DNA of 64,000 bases, taken from NCBI GenBank assembly GCA_013239625.1, contig MU054001.1, forward strand, positions 4,008,167 through 4,072,166. The letters are read 5' to 3'. Positions 1 to 12,400 of the stretch are shown here, in pieces. The notes below the pieces were generated by a model. The model saw only the letters and a list, made by a program, of their open reading frames with translations. It made no database searches and was not told where the DNA came from. The number at the start of each line of letters is the position of its first letter. The stretch's first letter is position 1. The stretch is from Lama guanicoe. Its lineage: Eukaryota. The translations under genes were made by a program, and so were the position numbers.

Positions 1-386
1 ACCAGAGCCAATGGGACAAGTCCTCACCCACAAACCCCAGAGCAGATGTCAAGCAGGCCCTCCAAGGATAAGAAAACTAGGAAGGCCCCAAGTTAGGACA
101 CCAGGAGAAGGTGCCCCAATCCACCCTCTGGGAGACCCCAGTATCCTTCCCATCACTGATCACGGCAGTGGCCAGCCTTGGCTTCCTCTGTCCAAGCTGG
201 AGGGAAGCTGGAGGGAAGCCATGCCTCCAAGTAGCAGGGTCTGGAAAGGCCCCAGGGAGGGTTTCACCAGTGCTTCCTGGCGGCAGAGCTCTCCTTCCAC
301 CACCATCTACTGCAAAGTGCCCCTTCCACCGCCCCCTGGTTGGGGGTTAGCCTGGTGCCCTGCAGCGCTGGCTCCTCTCCGTGGGT

Positions 387-598
387 CCAGAGCTGTGCTA
401 TCCAGGCAGAGGCTGCTAGCCCCACGTGGCTGTTTAAATTAGCATTTAAATTAATTCAAATATAATATATTTAAAATTCAGTTCCTCAGTCGCAGTAGCC
501 ACATCCAAGTGCTCAGTAGCCACAGGTGGTGCACAGTTCCTACACTGGACAGTGCAGACATAGAGCCTTCCCATCATCACAGAAAGTTCTAGCACTAG
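387..598. mobile_element. hAT-Charlie MITE remnant (MER3-like)
   Basis: ctagccccacgtggctgtttaaatt...ttcagttcctcagtcgcagtagccacat...ggacagtgcagacatagag resembles the MER3 consensus. Confidence 0.7.
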
Positions 599-1129
599 TC
601 TACATATGCTTTTCACATCTCCTTCCTTCTAGTTATAAAAGAAGCCTGGCTGAGCTTGAAAAAGAGGCCAGGTCTCAATAACCGTCAGCAAGGTTCTCAA
701 TCCACTTACAGGTGTGTGGATCCGCAGCCACGGGGAACCACACAGAAGGGAACAGGACCACTGACTGAGAACTTGTCATGGGTCAGGAACCATGGCGGCT
801 TCTCCGCACCCGATCCCCACACTTCTACAGATGGGGAGCGCCATCCCCACCTCTGCCCTCCCCCTCCTGCTCCCTGCCCCCATCGCCTTTCCTGCAGGGC
901 CAGTCACCCAACACAGAGAGGCTCTGGTTGTGGGAAGGGGAGGGGGGGAGAGGGGCAACCCACGGTCTCCACACTCGGGAGGCTTGGATGCAGGTGGTCC
1001 TCTGGGCCATACCCTGAGTCCTTCCCAAGCCCCTGCCCTCCACCTCTAGCTACCGTCTTCTCTCTCCACCCCTTCCAGAAAAGCTTTTCCAAAGAGTTTT
1101 GCCTACACATGCCATTTTCTCATTTCTCG

Positions 1130-1630
1130 TTGTTTTAAAACGTATTGGCACTTTGAAAAATACACAAGTAATACATGCTCACTGGGGGAAAAAAAGTCAA
1201 ACAATGTAGAAAAGTGGAATGTGAAATGTGAAATTCCTTCTCTCCTCACCACCTCCCAACACTCCACTCCTCAGGGAAAACAAACCTTGACGGTGTATTA
1301 TTCCAGATCTTTCTATGTGCACCTGCAGATATGTGGAGATGGAGGCCAGAACAGACTTTTGCACACTGCACAAAGCAGGACCACGTTGCACTGATGTCTC
1401 GCTCTTGCTTTGCTCATTTAACTGCATTTCAGGCCTCCTTCCCATCAGCCTGCAGCCCTCCGTCCACCTGGTTTTACCAGTTGCACAGAGATCCAGGAAA
1501 TGGCTACACCACTGTTTATCAGCCTGTCTCCTAGTGATGGATATCTGAGTTGTTACAAAATTTCCTCCTTCCAAATAATGCAGCCATGGATGTTCTTACA
1601 AGTATGTGCTTCGGCTCCCCTATAAGTGGT
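1130..1630 (-). mobile_element. Ancient L1 (L1ME-like) 3' fragment
   Basis: aagtaatacatgctcactg...aaataatgcagccatggatgttctt is typical of an antisense old L1 3' end. Confidence 0.55.
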
Positions 1631-1799
1631 CCTCAGTTTCTTCAGGACCCATGCCAGTCTCACCTCTGCTGTCATTCCACCAAGATAGCTCCTGTCAAAC
1701 CAGACCGTGACCACTAGCATCCTAAATCCAATGGACACCTTTCAGTCTTTTCTCTTCCTCAGTCTCTCAGCAGCTTCTCTCCAGGAGACCACATCCTCT

Positions 1800-2280
1800 C
1801 TGGTTGACTATTTTGATGGCCCCCAGTAAATTACACCTCCCAGTATTTACGCCCCTGTGTAATCCCTTCCCCTACTCCTGGGCTGAACCTGTGGCTTACT
1901 TTAACAAAGAGAATGCGGCATTGCTGATTCCAGGACTAAACTTTAAGAAGGACTGGCAGTTTCTACTTTTACACTGTGGGGAAGCCGGCCCCCCCGTAAG
2001 AAGTCTGATTACCCTGAGACTGCCATACTATGAGGAAGCCCAAGCTAACCATGTGGGGAGGTCACCTGGAAGAGAACTGAGGCCCCAGACATGTGAGCCA
2101 GGTGGGGCTGTGACAGTTGGCCCCTCGCTGTTTGAGCTAATCCGACTATGCCATCTGGAGCTGTAGATAAGTGGCCCCTGCCAAGCCCTGCCCAAATTGC
2201 ATAATCTTCAGCATAACATAAAATGATTAAGTCACTAAGTTTTGGAATAATTTGTTTCATAGCAAAAGATAACCTAGACA
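1800..2280 (+). mobile_element. MaLR solo LTR (MLT1 family)
   Basis: gatggccccca start, gccatactatgaggaagcccaagcta core, and ttaagtcactaagttttggaataatttgtttcatagcaaaagataac terminus. Confidence 0.75.
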
Positions 2281-2877
2281 TTCACCTCTTCTTTGCTACA
2301 GTTTGAGAAGATGAAGCAAAGGCCAGGAGAGGTCACAATAGATACCTAATAGCTAAACTGGGGCCAACCCCAGGCTCAGGATTCCCAACAGTGTTCTGTC
2401 CGGAAAGATTCAGCCATGTGTTCCTGCCAAGATGTAGCTGCTGCTCGTCATGCTCAGAGGTTGGTTTCTAAGGTGAGAGGACATGGGAGCTCCCCCAGGT
2501 ACCCCTGATTCTTTCTATGCCCTACGCAAAGGGAGTGGTGAGCAAGACATCATCCATGGCAATCCTGGGAGAATTTGTTCTGACCAAAAAGTCAACACAC
2601 CAAAAGACCCTGAAGCCAAGAAAGAAAACTTTGGCACAGAGAAGTTAGGGAATTTGCCCAAGGTCACACAGCTGGTGAGAAGCAGAGCTAGGTTTTGAAA
2701 TCAGGCATTCAGGCTCAGAGTCTGTACAGTGACAAAACACAAGTGTTTTCTAATACATTGATAGTGACTCAAAGTAAGAATTATGTTGTATAATGGGCCT
2801 CTGGATGTATGGGTTTGTGTCTAGATATGTGTTTAGATATACACAGATTTAGACCTATTTATTGGTATGGGTATCCA

Positions 2878-2921
2878 TGTCTGTCTGTCTGCCTGTCTGC
2901 CTGTCTGTCTGTCTATCTACC
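2878..2921 (+). repeat. (TGTC)n/(TATC)n imperfect tetranucleotide microsatellite
   Basis: tgtctgtctgtctgcctgtctgcctgtctgtctgtctatctac seen directly. Confidence 0.85.
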
Positions 2922-3114
2922 ATCTATAGACATGGATATCCATGCCTCTAAACAAAGTTACACAAAGCAATATTTATTATTACTATACAGGATGTTCTTC
3001 CTTATTTTTATTTTTTTCTATTTCATTGTTTTAAAGCTGGTCACTAAATTGATTTCATGAGCCATTAATGAGGCTTTAACATACAGTTTAAGAAAAAAAA
3101 CAAAACCCTCTCAC

Positions 3115-3350
3115 CTATAGCAGTTTAAGACAGCTCTAAAATCAGACTGACCTGAATTTGAAACTTGCTAGTGCAAGATTCCATTTCCAAGTCAATTGAC
3201 TTTGGGCAAGAAGGTACATTCTTTAAAGCCTCAGTTTCCTCATCAGTAAAATGGGAACAATAATAGTACCTGCCTCATAATGGTGCTGTGAGAACTGAGT
3301 GGGATGGACGGCTCTTGGCAAGGGCCTGGCATACAGCAGACACTCAATGC
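3115..3350 (+). mobile_element. MIR SINE
   Basis: MIR core gcctcagtttcctcatcagtaaaatgggaacaataatagtacctgcctcata. Many other MIR remnants occur, e.g. about 4590-4760, 5565-5705, 34205-34440, 36985-37210, 48065-48280 and 50135-50310. Confidence 0.8.
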
Positions 3351-5099
3351 TGCACCCATGGTTCAGCACAAGGCTCAGCATACAGCAGGCACTTAATAGC
3401 CACACTGAGGCTGCAGCCACCAAACAATGAGAAAGGAAGCACATACCCAAGACTGCCCAAGGCAGTGGGCTCCTTGGGATTTCCAGGGCAGGGGCAAGAA
3501 GAGTACCTCCAGAGCCCACTGAAAAGGCAACCTCCTTTCTGGTTTGTAGTGGTTTTGTGACATCATTTTTTTGCTTTTGAAGTCTATCTACAACACTAGG
3601 GGAAAAAAAGGATAAAACAAAGTCAAGGTCAAAAACTGCCCTGTAACAAGGTTCCCTCTACTCTGGCAGCCAGGCATGGAGTGGCCTCAACACCCCAAAA
3701 CAGCACCCCCAAACCCACTCAGTGGAGCCACCGTCAGTCAAGCCTCTGTGCAAGGGGGCCTGCTGGTCCGCACGGACTTTCTGGAGTTAGAAACACACCC
3801 TGGGCCTGAGCTCTTTCGGGAGGTTCTGGTCTTCACTAGCCTCACCCATGGCCTGAGGGTGGCCAGGCCCACTCTGCTGACCGAGGCTCTTTATGCTCTG
3901 CCCCACCCTCTCCAGGGCCCCAGCTCCAAGTACTCAGGTTCAAGGCCTGGGGCTTGGGTAGCACACGACAGGCCAGCTAATCAGCTCTGGGCTGACACTA
4001 CTTCACAGGACCAGGAGGTTCTCCCCAACCTCCCACCCAGCCAGCAAGGAGACAAGCTGGAGTGATCAGACACGATGAAAAGTAAAAATAAAATAAAACC
4101 AAGTAATTTGGTTTCTGTAAAAATTGGAAGATTTGCAGTGGATGGACAAGGGCTCAAAATGGGTAAAACATATAGCATTTTCATCCCCTCAGCCCCTGGG
4201 CACTACCCACCCCCTTTGCTGGACCACGTATTTCTGCCCAAACATCTCAGAGACTGGATTCTGGTCATAAGTCAGAAACCCAGAAGGGGGTTGAAGGCTC
4301 TCTATGCACTAATCATGCCTCCTGGCCTCTGCACTTCCCAAACCCTTTGTCTGAGATGCTTCCACCAAATCTTTTATCACCTGGTTATTTGAGATCTTTG
4401 GGTCCCAACGACTTCACTCCCCAATCCAAAATAGAACCCCTCCTTATTCTCTTTCACCACGCCCCATTCTTTTCCCTTCATTACATTTGGTACACATCTG
4501 GGTATTCCTTAGTTGATCACACCAGAAATCTGCAAGAGGAGGGACAACATCTACTTTATTCTCCCTGATTTGCCAGAACAAACTCATTTCACTCTTTGAA
4601 CAACTTCATGAGGTAGGAACAATGACTCTACCCATTCCACAGATGTAAAAGCTGAGGGTCAGAGATGAGCCATCACATGGCCCAAGGCTGCTCAGCTGGG
4701 AGAGGTGCAGTTGTGTCTCGAACTCAGAAGTCTGATTCTGAAAGCTCTAATCACACTTCTGACACCTATTACGTGCACACGGCGGGGGCCACAGTATAAA
4801 GTGGCCCAAACCACATCTATACTGCACTTACCCCACCTGCCCTCCCATCCTATTCCCACCCAACTGAAACATATTATCCATGATGTCCCAGCACCCAGCC
4901 TTGGCTTGGGCAGTATCTTCCCCTTTGGAGGCAGCCTGAATCCGGCTCTCCCTGGCTGGGGTGAGGACTTTAACTTGCTGAGCCTGTCTCCTCCTCTGTA
5001 CACAGGGGAATAATTCATGTAAAGAATGCACGTAAAGCATTAGGCACATTTAATATTCACTTGTATGTGTTATTATCACTAACACAACCATACCCTACC

Positions 5100-5445
5100 A
5101 AAGTCCTGTAAGTCTAAATCAACAGTCACAAGCCAGGCCAAATCTAGCTGTCTGGGGTCCACCCAAAGAAAGTGTTTTAAAATGTTTTATGTGGTTGATG
5201 ATAATTCTTTTAATTAGAAAATTTTCACATAAAAATCCAGATGGCTGGATTCTCCTAACAATCAGAAGATGTGGCAACATCAGGGCAATGCTCCCACATG
5301 GAACAGTTGGCTGGGCTGTAGTTGGCGCTACTCTCTTGACACAGGCATGTGCTTCTCAGAGCACCCTACTCCCCACACCTCCCAGGTGTCTCCCACCAGC
5401 CAGCTGCATTCATTAATACGACTTCTCTGGCCCATGGAGATCCTT
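5100..5445 (-). mobile_element. hAT-Charlie MER102-like element
   Basis: ttttcacataaaaatccagat...tcagaagatgtggcaaca is the reverse complement of the MER102 core gttgccagatcttctga...atttttatgtgaaa. Confidence 0.65.
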
Positions 5446-6974
5446 TAGATTCTGAGTCCTGGTCTCAGTCTTACCATCCTTAGAGCCACACTCACATGCC
5501 ACCTCCTTCAAAAACACCTCCCCAAACCTCCACAACCCTGTATCTCTTCATGGTTTTATAGCTGTAATAGCTAACTTGCACTGAGCACTTACTCTGTGCC
5601 TGACATTACAACCATTTTACAATTTGAGTCCTCACAACTACCCTATGAAGCAGGTACTACTCTCATCCCCACCTGACAGATGAGGAAACACAGACACAGA
5701 GGTGATTATTCGATTGCCACCCCCACCCCCATCCACTCTCCACCCTTCTCTGTGCCGCTCTGCGCCCTCAGGAAGCTGACCCTGTGGACCAATTCACTGG
5801 GGCTTCCTGGCCTCTGGCTTCTATATTCAGCCAATGACAGGCCCCAGCAGGAAACTGGAGGATGTGAAGAGATGGAGGCTGGACTTTTTCTTCTCCATCC
5901 CCTCACTACTTCTGTACCATGTCTATGAGTGTGGTTAATCCTCCACACTTACAGCTTCTGCCAGGTCTTCCCACTCCTCAGCTGTGGCTCCTGCAGGGAT
6001 CCAACACCAAAACATCCAACAACATTCCCTCCCCTGGCCCTTTCTGCCCTAGAGGTAGTAACAGCTTTCCACTGTTGCCAGGGGTCCACCAGACCCCGGG
6101 TACTTCAACCCCCCATGAAGTTTCCCTTAACCCTTCCCATCCGTCTGGAAGCTAGTTTCATTTAAACTCTCTGGAGGGCATCTATTTCCCACCAGACCCC
6201 TGGCTGACACAGAGGTTCAACACTATGCCCAAAGTCCCACACTTAGAAAATGGTGCAGCAGGATTTGAACCCAGGTCATCGGGCTCCAGGGTCCTTGCTC
6301 TTTAACCACAACTCAAACCTGCCTTACATCCTATCTACTTCCCCTGGTCCTTCACCTACCTGTGGCCTCCTCAAGAGTCCCCTGGGTGACCCCCAAGAAC
6401 CAAGCACTGAGCCTGGACCAAGGCAAACCTTCAAGAATCTCTCACTGAGCCCACAGAATACAGTCACTTGATTCCTCTTTATCCTCCAAAACATTTTTAC
6501 AACAGAGAGCCCATCTCCACATTCCTTCTTCCCTCAGATCGCAGGGCTCACCTCGGTCCTGCTGGCCCCTCACACAGGGTCTGCTGCTTTTCTCCCCTTT
6601 AGACAAAGACCAAGCTCCATAACATGGCAGAGAAGGCCCCCTGGGCCCAGGCTGTGACCCCTCTTCAGCCAACTGAACTTCAATGAGCATCTCAGATGAA
6701 CTGCCTTCTTCACTACAGGGTGTTTTTACATGTGGCCAGTCTCCAGCAAACACTCACATGGCTGTTACATGTCCTCTCCCCTTGTCTTGCTCACCACCAC
6801 CCCTCCACCATGCACCTTTGGGCTTAAATCACAGCTCCTCTGACCCTAGATCAGTTGGCACTCCCTGCTCTAGACTCTCACAGCCCCCCCAGAGTGTCCT
6901 CTAACATGCCATTAATGTTGTCTTCATCATTCAGGATCTACCCTCCCAAACCATAAGCCAATCTGACATGATCA

Positions 6975-7330
6975 TCAATGCAAAGTAAAATATTAGCAAA
7001 TCAAATACGCAACATTTTAAAGCAGCAATCTATCATGGCAAAGAAGGATTTGGTTCAGAAGAGCAGAGAAAGTTGAACACTAGGAAATCTAGCGATGTAA
7101 ATCATGCATACAAATCACACATTACGTTAGCAAAAAATCATGAACTCCATCAACACTCCAACAGCATTTGATAAAATTCAGTAAGTATTCCTGGTTTTAA
7201 AAATCTGAGAAAGCTGGGGGTGAAGAAAGCTTTCTTAACTGGATACACAATGAACATCAGACTTAATGATTATTAAGTAGAGGAGATTCTAACCAATGCA
7301 ATAAGATAAGAAAAACAGATGAGAGGTAAA
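6975..7330 (+). mobile_element. Degraded L1 ORF2 (RT-region) fragment
   Basis: tcaatgcaaagtaaaatattagcaaatcaaat...cagcatttgataaaattca resembles L1 ORF2 DNA. No intact frame. Confidence 0.6.
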
Positions 7331-9301
7331 GATGAAAGTTTAGTTCCACTAAGCTTTGAGTTCTGTAAGGTAGGAACTGTGTTCTATTCCTCATAGTTTC
7401 CACAACAACCTAACCATACTCAAATATCTGCAGAATGAGCAGCCACCCAGATTAGGTCTGACTCCCATTAAATGTTCTCAAAGCACCCAGCACTTTGAGG
7501 CACAAATCATAACTTAGATTGTGTAATTTGTTTTTTAAAATACTTCTTTTTTCCTACTAGAGTGTAAGCTCTATTGAAATAAGGACCATGCTCTACTGAC
7601 AGAGCAAATGTATGCCTGGCCTAAAGTAAGTCCTCAATTTCTGCTGCACAGCTGCACAAATGATATGAATAGAATGCATTCAATATATTGTTGCTAAATT
7701 ACAATAAATGATTTTATCCTACTTCTCAGCTGGAAGATCTGAGGCTCAGAGAAAGGAGGGACTTTTCAGCTGATGCCACACCACTTGTGAAGCCCACCCC
7801 ATACCCTGGGGTCCTCTGAAAGGTGTTGGCCACACACAAGGCCATGCACACAGGACACAGCCCACATGGCTCAACAAGAAAGGGAAGTGAAGCCCAGAGC
7901 AACTCCTTGTAGCCGTCTAAACAAACACACATCCAGGGCACACCCCGGTGGGCAGAGCCGCCTGGCGAGAGCTCCTGCATGGCGCCCTTCTGGGGCTAAG
8001 GATGACTTCAGTGGAGGGACCTGAGGCTTCCCTCATGAAGCCCTGAGACGGGTGCCCACATGGATAAACAGCCCCCTCTGCTTTCCCGGGGAAGTTATCA
8101 AAGAATTACTTATGTCTCTGGAAATGCTTGTTTGGAAAAGGTTCTCCACCCCACCTGGGCTTGGCAGGAGCGGCAGCATCACCAGGCCTGCCCTTTGGGG
8201 AGTGATCAGGCTTTTCCTCCAGCTCCTGAAGGAACCCGGCCATTCTTCATGCGCTGAGTCTGAAGCCAGCCATAAAGAAGCAGGCAGCCTCCCAGGATAA
8301 ACGGAGCACGGTGACATCAAAGACTGCCTTCCAGATTAAACAACTGAGGCCTTCAGCTCTCCCTGGCGTTTCTTCCAGGATATTCTGGGCTCCTGCCTCA
8401 GTTCTCCCTCGGATGGAATGGCAGATATTTTGTTTGTGAGAGTCTAAATTTTTTCCTTCCTCGGGGAGGTGGGGGAGAAGGAGAAGGCGAGGGGAAGGGG
8501 AGGGGGAGAGAGAGAGAGGAAGAGAAAGAATGTCTGCGAGAGACAAGAGCTACAAAAAGAACATGTGTGAGTAGAAAAAAGAGGGAAGTCGGGGAGGCAG
8601 CCGGAAGTGCTTGCTTTGGAATCCAATAAGTGACCTAAAAACTCCAAAATTGTGAAGCCATAGTCAGCAAGTGAAGCTACGAGAACCCCTGAGCTAGGAG
8701 GACTGAGGGGCCCTGACTCCCCAGGGCCAGCAGATCTCCTCGTGGAGCCCTGCACTAACCCCTTGCCCAGAGGGTCATGCTGCCCTCGACTTCCTCAGAC
8801 ACGTCTGGTAAACTGAGGCGAGGGACCCTCTTCCCTCAGGCACAGGCTCACAGCTGTTCCAGGACAGGATGGGCTCTCTGGGATTAGTCTGTCACTTCTA
8901 GGCCTCTGGCCCCTGGGGGGCCTCCCTCTGCCAATCCCACCCCTCAGGCCACCACATCCCACCATGGCTGAGCTACTGGCCCTACAGCTGATCCTCCCCC
9001 CACCCACCCAAACAGCTGGAGCAACTGCCGGAGTCCTGGTGCACAACAATCAGCGGCGTTAATCCGCTCTGCCAGGGCGGCATGCTGGCTGCCCACCTGA
9101 CTCCGCCCACCTGGCTCCACCCACCTGTCCAGAAGGACAGCCCACAGTCCCTGCACGGCGGCCCAACCCCATCACCACGCATTGTCCACAGACACTAGTG
9201 AGCCAGGCGCCTCACCCAGCTCTCCTCTGCACAAACGCCATCCCCTCCTCGCACACTTTCTTCCTCACTGTCTCAGCTCCTCTGAGCATGACTGTCAGTT
9301 G

Positions 9302-9404
9302 TTTGGTTTTTGTTTTTTCCCCTTAACGGAGATACAGGGGATTGAACCCAGGACCTCACGCACGCCAAGCACGCGCTCTCCCACGGAGCTGTACCTGCCA
9401 CCCC
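9302..9404 (-). mobile_element. Camelid tRNA-derived SINE (Vic-1 type), short form
   Basis: Minus strand ggtacagctccgtgggagagcgcgtgcttggcgtgcgtgaggtcctgggttcaatcccctgtatctcc plus an A-rich tail. A-box and B-box (GGTTCAATCC) present. Confidence 0.85.
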
Positions 9405-12400
9405 TGTGGAACTGTTAATGTGCCTGTTGACATGCTTATTCTTTGTCTCCTTTATTAGACTGGAAGCTATAGGAAGACAGGCACCACAACTCTTTTATTT
9501 GTCACTGTAGCCTCAATGCTTGGCAGAGCTAGGGAATGAATAGTTAATAACAATTCATTATTGATCATCATTAATAGCTGAGTACTTGAATGAAAAGGTC
9601 TAAGTCCACTCTTCCTTGTATTCCTGCTTCCAGCTCCACCTGGCTGGGGAAGGGAATCTGGAGGATGAAGGGGCAGGGATGATGACCTAATCTAGCTTCT
9701 ATTCATTCACTCAGCAAATACATCATGTGTACCCACTACGTGCCCTAGGGCTGCCACAAGGAAGATGTATTACTCAGAAAGTGATTCTTCCATGGCTGAC
9801 GGAGCAGCTTTGCTGCTTTAAGTCCTCAAACAGACAGTCTGGTCCCTGAGCCTGGTGATCAAGCTTCCTGGTATGAGGAGAAGTACACTCTGTCCATCCA
9901 GCGCCTGCCTTCTCTGCTCACTTCTGACATCCCCACTGGGTGAGGGGATGGGACATCCCCCTACTTTCCAGGAGCTGTGGGACAGGCCACCGTGTCTCCT
10001 GGTTTAGCTTCTCCCTGGGTTTATGACAGTCTGTACAAGATGCAAATGGAGAGGGTCCGTTCCTGAGTTCGAGGGAACAGGACATGTACACAGCCTGACT
10101 CGGGGTAACCAGTGTCCTTCTCAAAGCAGAAAAGTTTTGAAGGGAGGACAAGACAACCCGTGAAGCCTCTACCAGAGACCCCATCACAGAGGTGCATTAA
10201 AGCAGCCAGAAAATGACACCTCTGCCCACCACGTACCACCTGAGGGACCCAGGCCTACTGGAAACCAGAAGCCCACCTGGCACACTGCCCAGCTCCAGCT
10301 TGCCCCACCTCTCCTCCCTGCTCCCCAGGGGTATAGAAAGCTGCCAGGTGAGGCTATGAAGCTGGCCTGGGTGCCACGGGCAGAGGGGACTCTCCGTAGA
10401 GAACTCAAAGAAGCCAGCGTGTAGAGGCCCAAACGCCTCCACCAGCCTCAAAGCAAATCATCTTTTAATCCTGAAACACCAAATATTTAATTTATGCCTT
10501 ACCTCAAATGTCAAGTCCACCTCCCGGCACATAACTTTGAAACCACGTAAGGAGGCCTAACACTTTCCATATGGTGAAGACATGGGGCCTTTTAATTGTG
10601 CCAACTGGTATCATTCAAGGGTAATTCCCCTGGAATCCAGCACTCAGGCAGCAGCTGGGCCGGCCTCCAATCTCATCACCCAGCCCCATACGTCCCCGCA
10701 GGCTACAGGCAGGCCGGCACCCTCCCGATCTTCCCCAAATAGCCAAATGCACTGCATGCCCCCTAATCACATCACCAAACCGCCTGGCAGCCACCTCTGA
10801 TCCAGAGGCGGGTTTGCCTGCCCCAAGGCTCCTTGCCTGTTTCTTCAGGCAGCTTGGCCAGAAAAGAATAAAAGGGCCAAACTAGGGGGTGGGGGAGGGG
10901 ACGGCCTTAAACCCAGCTGGACACACTCATGTGCACACGCATGCACCCGCTGCATGAGCGTACACAGACGCACGGCTTCTGCTTCTCCACGTGCTCCCCT
11001 ATCAGTATCTCTGTGTCCGTTAGGCTCTTCCGTCCATCTACTAAGCTTTTTAATCTCACCCCTGATATTTTCCAGATCCAACATTTCCAGCTGGTTTTCT
11101 TTCCTAACTGCCTATTGCAGCTTCATGTTTCTCATACCCTCCTTTATCTCGGAGGTTATTACGCTCATTTCAATTTCTAATTGTTCAGCACATTGTTGTC
11201 TGACATACAAACTGTTGGCGTCTCATTCATCTTCTGTAGTACTTGTACACCACAAATTTCTCATTATTTTTCTCCTCTGAGCTCATATGCCCTTGAAGTT
11301 CATCATGTACCCACTGAAAGGGCAGAAGCCTTAGCCTGTCTCTCTCCAAGTGAGGCTACAGAGTACAAGGGAGGGGCAGCCTATGGTGTCATAATCTGGA
11401 CCCCCATCTCTACCCAACCAGAGCCTCAGGCACCTGCCAGGACCTTTCTCCCAGGCTCTTCTCTTTGTGAAGAGTTATCCGCCAGAACCCTCCTGGAGAT
11501 TTGCTTGTTGGTACACCCATACTGCTGATGAAGATGAGCTAATGAAGGTGGACAAAAGTAAGGTCTCCCTTCGCTCCTCTGCTCCTATAAGGTGACAAGC
11601 TATTGTGGCCAAGACTGACCTCATTTATTTCTGCATTTGGGAGGGCAGGTATAGGTTAGTGCCAGCGAGGAACCCTCTTATATCTCAGGATCCTACAGGC
11701 AACTCAGACCCACCCACCTTGAACATTTATGAAGCTACTCAGATCCCATCGGGGGGAAGAGGGCAAGCAGGGGCCCCTTGTGCTTCTGCTCGCCCCGCAA
11801 CCTGCCTCATCCCAAAGTCCTCAGCAGCTGGCCACTGTGCCACCTCTCAAGAGTTAATGAGCGCAGCACCTCCAGGCACATGCTCTGTGCGGGACTTCCC
11901 CACACACGGCTTCCGTTGTCCTAGAAAGTGCTCCAGAAAGGGAGAAAACCAGAGTCCCCACCAGCTGGCTGGCAACTTGACAGGGCTATGAGGAGGATTA
12001 AGATAATGTAAGCAAAGTGCTTGACACATACAGGCACTTAATAAATAGTGGTTATCATTGCAGTAATAATAATGCTGGTTGGATGAGCCACTAATGTGTC
12101 CCCCGGTGTTTTGGTGAAAGGCTGGATGAAGGAGTGGAGCAGAGGCCATCCCCAGGATGGGTCTGGGGCTGGTGCGGGGACCTCTGCCAGCCCCTGGGAC
12201 TCAGCACACTTTGGAGCCCATGCCCTCCTACATCCTGGTGAGATAATGGAAGAACCTCCAGCCACCTTTTCCGTGCCACTGGGAATCACGGAAATTCAAC
12301 CAGACCGAGGGCTGTCCACTGCTGTTCTGTTCGGTATCTCGATGTTTCCCAAATTCTGGGCACTAACAATCTTAACCAATTGTACTTAATATTTTTCTCA

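Noticed and set aside
9320..9404. tRNA-like sequences here and at 21559-21637
   Set aside because: A and B boxes are present, but there is no complete cloverleaf or acceptor stem and A-rich tails follow. These are SINEs, not tRNA genes.
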